Shown here one piece after another: positions 34,149 through 37,571 of a stretch of DNA of 37,571 nt. Where the stretch lies: the IMG/VR virus record IMGVR_UViG_3300028805_000083, positions 1 through 37,571 of that record. One strand, written 5' to 3'. The notes beneath the pieces are model-generated. The model made no database searches. It had not been told where the DNA came from and saw nothing but the letters and a program-made list of their open reading frames with translations. A program made the position numbers and the translations under genes. Origin of the DNA: a virus (taxonomy: Duplodnaviria > Heunggongvirae > Uroviricota > Caudoviricetes). Every line of letters begins with the position of its first letter. The stretch's first letter is position 1.

Positions 34149-34637
34149 TCATTGCAATTGTTCTGTGTCATTTTCTGTGACCTCTTCTTTTGATACTGTT
34201 ATTTTAAAATTCCTTTTACACTTATCTTTCAATGCTTTATACACTGGGTTGCTATACTCCTTGTAGCCATAGTATGAACCTTGTGGAGCATATCTAGTAT
34301 ATTGCACATCTGCACTCATACTCCCATTATAACTAGAATTAGTAGTTCTAGCTGGGTAACTTCTTCTATAGTCACCGCTTGTTCTGTTCATGGTGCTATG
34401 ATTATACCTAACCGCCCCATAATCAGAATAATCAGGAAAGAACCATGATATTTCATCTGGGTCAATTCCATTTCTTCTCAAATATTCTCTATCATTCTCA
34501 TCAAAGAATGTATAGATAGCCCATATAATGATGGCAATTGGAAAGAACATATAGATAAATGAACCCTTTGCAATCATATGTAACAATCCCAATATTGCAG
34601 CAATCATTACTGTTGCCCTAAAGCTAGTATAAAGCAT
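34149..34637 (-). CDS. membrane-anchored hypothetical protein, 162 aa
   Basis: Two N-terminal TM segments; promoter upstream. Confidence 0.8.
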   Translation of the reverse strand: MLYTSFRATVMIAAILGLLHMIAKGSFIYMFFPIAIIIWAIYTFFDENDREYLRRNGIDPDEISWFFPDYSDYGAVRYNHSTMNRTSGDYRRSYPARTTNSSYNGSMSADVQYTRYAPQGSYYGYKEYSNPVYKALKDKCKRNFKITVSKEEVTENDTEQLQ

Positions 34638-34653
34638 ATTTTATTCTTTTTCT

Positions 34654-34686
34654 GCAAAGATACAAAAATTTTTTGTAATATCTAAA
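34654..34686 (-). promoter_or_regulatory. Bacteroidetes sigma promoter
   Basis: -7 TATCTTTG, -33 TTTA variant. Confidence 0.7.
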
Positions 34687-34705
34687 TTTTCTATCTTAAA
34701 AAAAG

Positions 34706-34966
34706 TTAATATTTTTTTCTTTTAACAAGAAATTTTGCAAACACACTATTTTTCATCATTGTGCGTTCTTTCTGTTCCTTATCACCAATTCTGCGATAAG
34801 TGGCAGAATCTCCATCTTTTGTAAGTATGAAAATCTCTCTTCTTTCAAGAGTTACAAGAGGCGGAACATGGTAAACTTTATTTACTTCTATAGACTCCCA
34901 AGGTGTAATACTCCTAAGTTTGTCTATTTTCTCCTTCAATTCAGATACTGTATTTAGTTTTGCCAT
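34706..34966 (-). CDS. hypothetical protein, 86 aa
   Basis: Resembles the C-terminal domain of 34971-35678 (WESIEVNKVYHVPPL vs WDDIEEGGVYVIPKI). Confidence 0.8.
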   Translation of the reverse strand: MAKLNTVSELKEKIDKLRSITPWESIEVNKVYHVPPLVTLERREIFILTKDGDSATYRRIGDKEQKERTMMKNSVFAKFLVKRKKY

Positions 34967-34970
34967 ATTT

Positions 34971-35678
34971 CTAATATTTTAATACTTTTGTGATAAATAC
35001 GGTATCAATATCCTTGGGATATACAGAAGATAGTGTTTGACTCTCTTTACCATATTCATCTATTTCACTACAACGGAGTAATGTATCGCTTTTCATAACA
35101 ACCCTTACCACTTTTCTTGATTGAGAGAGAATCTTTGGTATAACGTATACTCCACCCTCTTCAATGTCATCCCATTCTACATGTTTTGGGAGTTCCATAA
35201 GTTTCTCCCTTCTTTCAGTATAGGTCATTGTTTTATATGATTTAACTATTGGTTCTACTTCCTCTTTTGATGAAGATACTTGTGATGGCGCAGGTAATGC
35301 TTTATTGCTTATTTCTTTAGCAAGCATTTCAGATGAAACACTCATTTGTGTGACACCTCTATTTTTAGGACACCACGCTGGTGGTGTTAGAGGAACCATA
35401 GGTCCAGTTTTAGCCTTAATGATTCTAGGTCTTGAATAGGAACTAAACACTACCATGAATCTGCCACAGCAAGCGTTGAATTGAAGTCTATCATCGCCTA
35501 TATAATTCTTAATTAAGTTGCCACAAAGGTGACAAGATGTACAAGTGTCCATATTTTCTTTTTTTTGCGTATCTTCTAAAAATAATTCTTGGTCAAAAAT
35601 ACAAGTTTCACATTCAGTGCAGCTTTTGCCAGCACAAGGGTGATTCATATCTGTTTCTTTATTTAAAACATGTGCCAT
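34971..35678 (-). CDS. hypothetical protein with a Cys-rich N-terminus, 235 aa
   Basis: C..C.C.C and C..C..C..L motifs; PPAWCPK. Confidence 0.85.
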   Translation of the reverse strand: MAHVLNKETDMNHPCAGKSCTECETCIFDQELFLEDTQKKENMDTCTSCHLCGNLIKNYIGDDRLQFNACCGRFMVVFSSYSRPRIIKAKTGPMVPLTPPAWCPKNRGVTQMSVSSEMLAKEISNKALPAPSQVSSSKEEVEPIVKSYKTMTYTERREKLMELPKHVEWDDIEEGGVYVIPKILSQSRKVVRVVMKSDTLLRCSEIDEYGKESQTLSSVYPKDIDTVFITKVLKY

Positions 35679-35694
35679 TACGTCTTTATATTAG

Positions 35695-36459
35695 TTAATA
35701 TAACCAACTATCGTCATCATCATCTTCTAACTCTTCAAACCCCAAATCGTAATCTGTTGGGTGATACCACTCTGAATAATTAGATGGTTCTTCCAATCTC
35801 TCAAGTGTGGGAGGCATCATTCTAGTTGGTCTTCTCCTATGTCCATTTTCATCAATGATACCCCTATCTTTCAAGAACTCGATGAAACGTTGGTCTACAG
35901 TTAATCCTCTTGGGTCAGCCATTCCATTACACTCTAGATATTCTCTCTGAGCATCTATCAATCTCTTTACTTCCTCTGGGATGTTCTTTTCTGTTTCGTC
36001 AACAAAATCATCACCATAGATTTCTTTACAAACCATGTTGAAGGTTTCTTGACCGATACGCTCAATCTCTGAGAAATTACCAACTATCTTTTCAACACAA
36101 CAATGTAACAAAGTATTCAATAGTTGGGTGATACGCATTTGCACCTTACCCATATCCCCATTGTTTTCCTTTGTTATCATGTTGTCTTTACCAAGCAATT
36201 GTCTTAGGATAGAAAAGATGTCTTCTTTATTAGATGCACTACAGAATGGGTTATCTCCTTGCTGTGCGTCCCTTACATAAGGCTGCATACATTCTAACAT
36301 AGCATATACGCTAGTGGTTAAATCGTGACTGTAAATTGATTTACCACAAACCCCTATAAAGCATCTAAATCTGTGATATATCTTTCTGTTTTTAAGTACC
36401 CTACACAGACACCTAAATACCATATCCATCAATACATTGTCATCCAATTTGGTATTCAT
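35695..36459 (-). CDS. hypothetical protein, 254 aa
   Basis: Start moved to MNTKLDD, immediately after the promoter -7 box. Confidence 0.8.
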   Translation of the reverse strand: MNTKLDDNVLMDMVFRCLCRVLKNRKIYHRFRCFIGVCGKSIYSHDLTTSVYAMLECMQPYVRDAQQGDNPFCSASNKEDIFSILRQLLGKDNMITKENNGDMGKVQMRITQLLNTLLHCCVEKIVGNFSEIERIGQETFNMVCKEIYGDDFVDETEKNIPEEVKRLIDAQREYLECNGMADPRGLTVDQRFIEFLKDRGIIDENGHRRRPTRMMPPTLERLEEPSNYSEWYHPTDYDLGFEELEDDDDDSWLY

Positions 36460-36460
36460 T

Positions 36461-36493
36461 GCAAATATATAAGTTTTTAGTTTATTTTCAAAA
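36461..36493 (-). promoter_or_regulatory. Bacteroidetes sigma promoter
   Basis: -7 TATATTTG, -33 TTTG. Confidence 0.75.
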
Positions 36494-36502
36494 TATAAAA
36501 AG

Positions 36503-36679
36503 TTAATTTTTTTTAAATGCTTCCATATCATTGTAATATTTACAATTGGGGCAATATAGGAATGGCCTCATATTGTTCTGCGGAAGCGTGACCATAAGGC
36601 ACTTCCAAGGAAGGAACTTATGACCACACTCCCTACACTGTATGACATATTTTATTTCTGTTTTATCGAATTCTTCCAT
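36503..36679 (-). CDS. small Zn-ribbon protein, 58 aa
   Basis: Manual translation MEEFDKTEIKYVIQCRECGHKF...LYCPNCKYY. Confidence 0.75.
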   Translation of the reverse strand: MEEFDKTEIKYVIQCRECGHKFLPWKCLMVTLPQNNMRPFLYCPNCKYYNDMEAFKKN

Positions 36680-36681
36680 TA

Positions 36682-37161
36682 TTACTCTACGTCAACATAT
36701 AAAGGTTTATATACCATATCATAGTTTTCATCAAGTAATGATACACAATACACCTCAGTACCGTTATGGTCAGTCTTTTCATGATTACAACTATGAAGAT
36801 GGCCTTGAAACACATACTTTGGTTTCGCCTCGTCTACAAATTTTCTAAGAGACTCATTGCCAATATGAGTACCATCTGCCCACCAACAATCTCGCTGTAA
36901 TAATACGTCACTTATACCATATGGAGCATCATGGGATAATATAATATCAATCTTACCAATAGCCTTTAGATGTCTCTCATACCTTTCGTCTTGTTCCTCA
37001 TAACTAGGCATGAAAGCCCATCTTCCAAATGGCTTACATAACGGTGTACCATAAATAACCTTTCCTTCATATTCAAATGTTTCACAATCCAAATATGTTA
37101 TCTTATCTTGACCTTGCAGTAATAGTCTCATTCTATCTGGATGCCTCTCTAACCAATGGTC
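36682..37161 (-). CDS. calcineurin-like metallophosphoesterase, 3' exon
   Basis: DHWLE (completes the GNH-D motif), YGTP, WAFM, DIILSHDAP, YVFQGHLH; the N-terminal motifs are missing because the intron lies upstream. Confidence 0.85.
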   Translation of the reverse strand, partial: DHWLERHPDRMRLLLQGQDKITYLDCETFEYEGKVIYGTPLCKPFGRWAFMPSYEEQDERYERHLKAIGKIDIILSHDAPYGISDVLLQRDCWWADGTHIGNESLRKFVDEAKPKYVFQGHLHSCNHEKTDHNGTEVYCVSLLDENYDMVYKPLYVDVE

Positions 37162-37571
37162 CTTTATATTCAACTAGATTCGTTACGTCTAGTCCGTCTT
37201 TTAAACTGCTCATGGATTTCCCATGAGAATTGACTATATCTTCACCCTCGCCATTATACGTTAGGGGCAGAGCATTTCCACTCACTTGAGTGTACTCGCA
37301 TTTCAGCGATAGTCGATGAACCTTCATCCATATAACGATGGATGCTTGGCTGCTTTTAGTAGGTTTCCCAATCCTTAACATTTTTACCATACCCTACGCA
37401 TTACCATAGGTTTCTTATGTGTGTTGCCACCATAAGAAGGTAGTTAAGGCTCTAAGGGGTTTCCAGCAATTAGCTCTGTTTCACTTGATGATTTCTCATC
37501 AAGAGCACAAAGTATTTTTTCAAATTTGTTTTTTTTGCTTTCTTCAAACACAAATGCGTTTTTGTACATAT
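37162..37571 (-). mobile_element. group I self-splicing intron (3' part, phage IA-like)
   Basis: P AATTGCTGGAAAC (37459-71), Q AAGCAGCCAAG (37345-55), R GGTTCATCGACTA (37310-22), S GAAGATATAGTC (37232-43), P3 CAGAGC/GCTCTG, P7 GACTA/TAGTC, P9 CTCATGG/CCATGAG, terminal G at 37162. Confidence 0.9.
37444..37571 (-). CDS. C-terminus of an intron-encoded ORF (probable homing endonuclease)
   Basis: ...MYKNAFVFEESKKNKFEKILC...ELIAGNPLEP* reads into the intron core; family not determinable from this fragment. Confidence 0.6.
   Translation of the reverse strand, partial: MYKNAFVFEESKKNKFEKILCALDEKSSSETELIAGNPLEP

Noticed and set aside
1773-36848. Numerous plus-strand track ORFs antisense to minus-strand genes (e.g. 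4690-5058, 7045-7467, 12063-12476, 22337-22810)
   Set aside because: They are shadow frames of well-supported genes and have no promoters or motifs.
37133-37390. Track ORF MVKMLRIGKP...
   Set aside because: It lies within the catalytic core of the group I intron.
1-37571. Genome-wide TAG-to-Gln recoding (Lak-type code 15)
   Set aside because: Long AT-rich genes (631, 371, 346 aa and others) have no internal TAG, genes pack tightly under code 11, and TAG stops are followed closely by the next start. Only one TAG-split ORF was found.

Overview
A fragment of a large lytic (jumbo-type) dsDNA phage of a Bacteroidales host, most likely Prevotella; the host and phage class are inferred. It is read in the standard genetic code and almost all genes lie on the minus strand. 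(i) 1-9.7 kb is an early/host-takeover-like region. Nearly every short gene or operon has its own near-identical 33-bp Bacteroidetes sigma promoter (TTTG-N21-TAnnTTTG). It holds a DUF932 gene, a GP88-like gene, a 3D-domain gene, an aberrant tRNA-like gene and a candidate structured ncRNA of about 330 nt. (ii) 9.8-11.2 kb is an array of small plus-strand ORFs separated by five copies of a 16-bp repeat, three of them preceded by a covarying hairpin. (iii) 11.2-19.2 kb is AT-rich, with hypothetical paralogues and a J-domain gene. (iv) 20.8-25.3 kb is a zone of shuffled modules and gene remnants. (v) 25.5-37.6 kb carries auxiliary genes (YqeY-like, M42 peptidase, PARG-like macrodomain, NadD, metallophosphoesterase), two free-standing homing endonucleases, and the 3' part of a group I intron that interrupts the metallophosphoesterase gene. 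All family calls come from motif recognition by eye; no searches were run.
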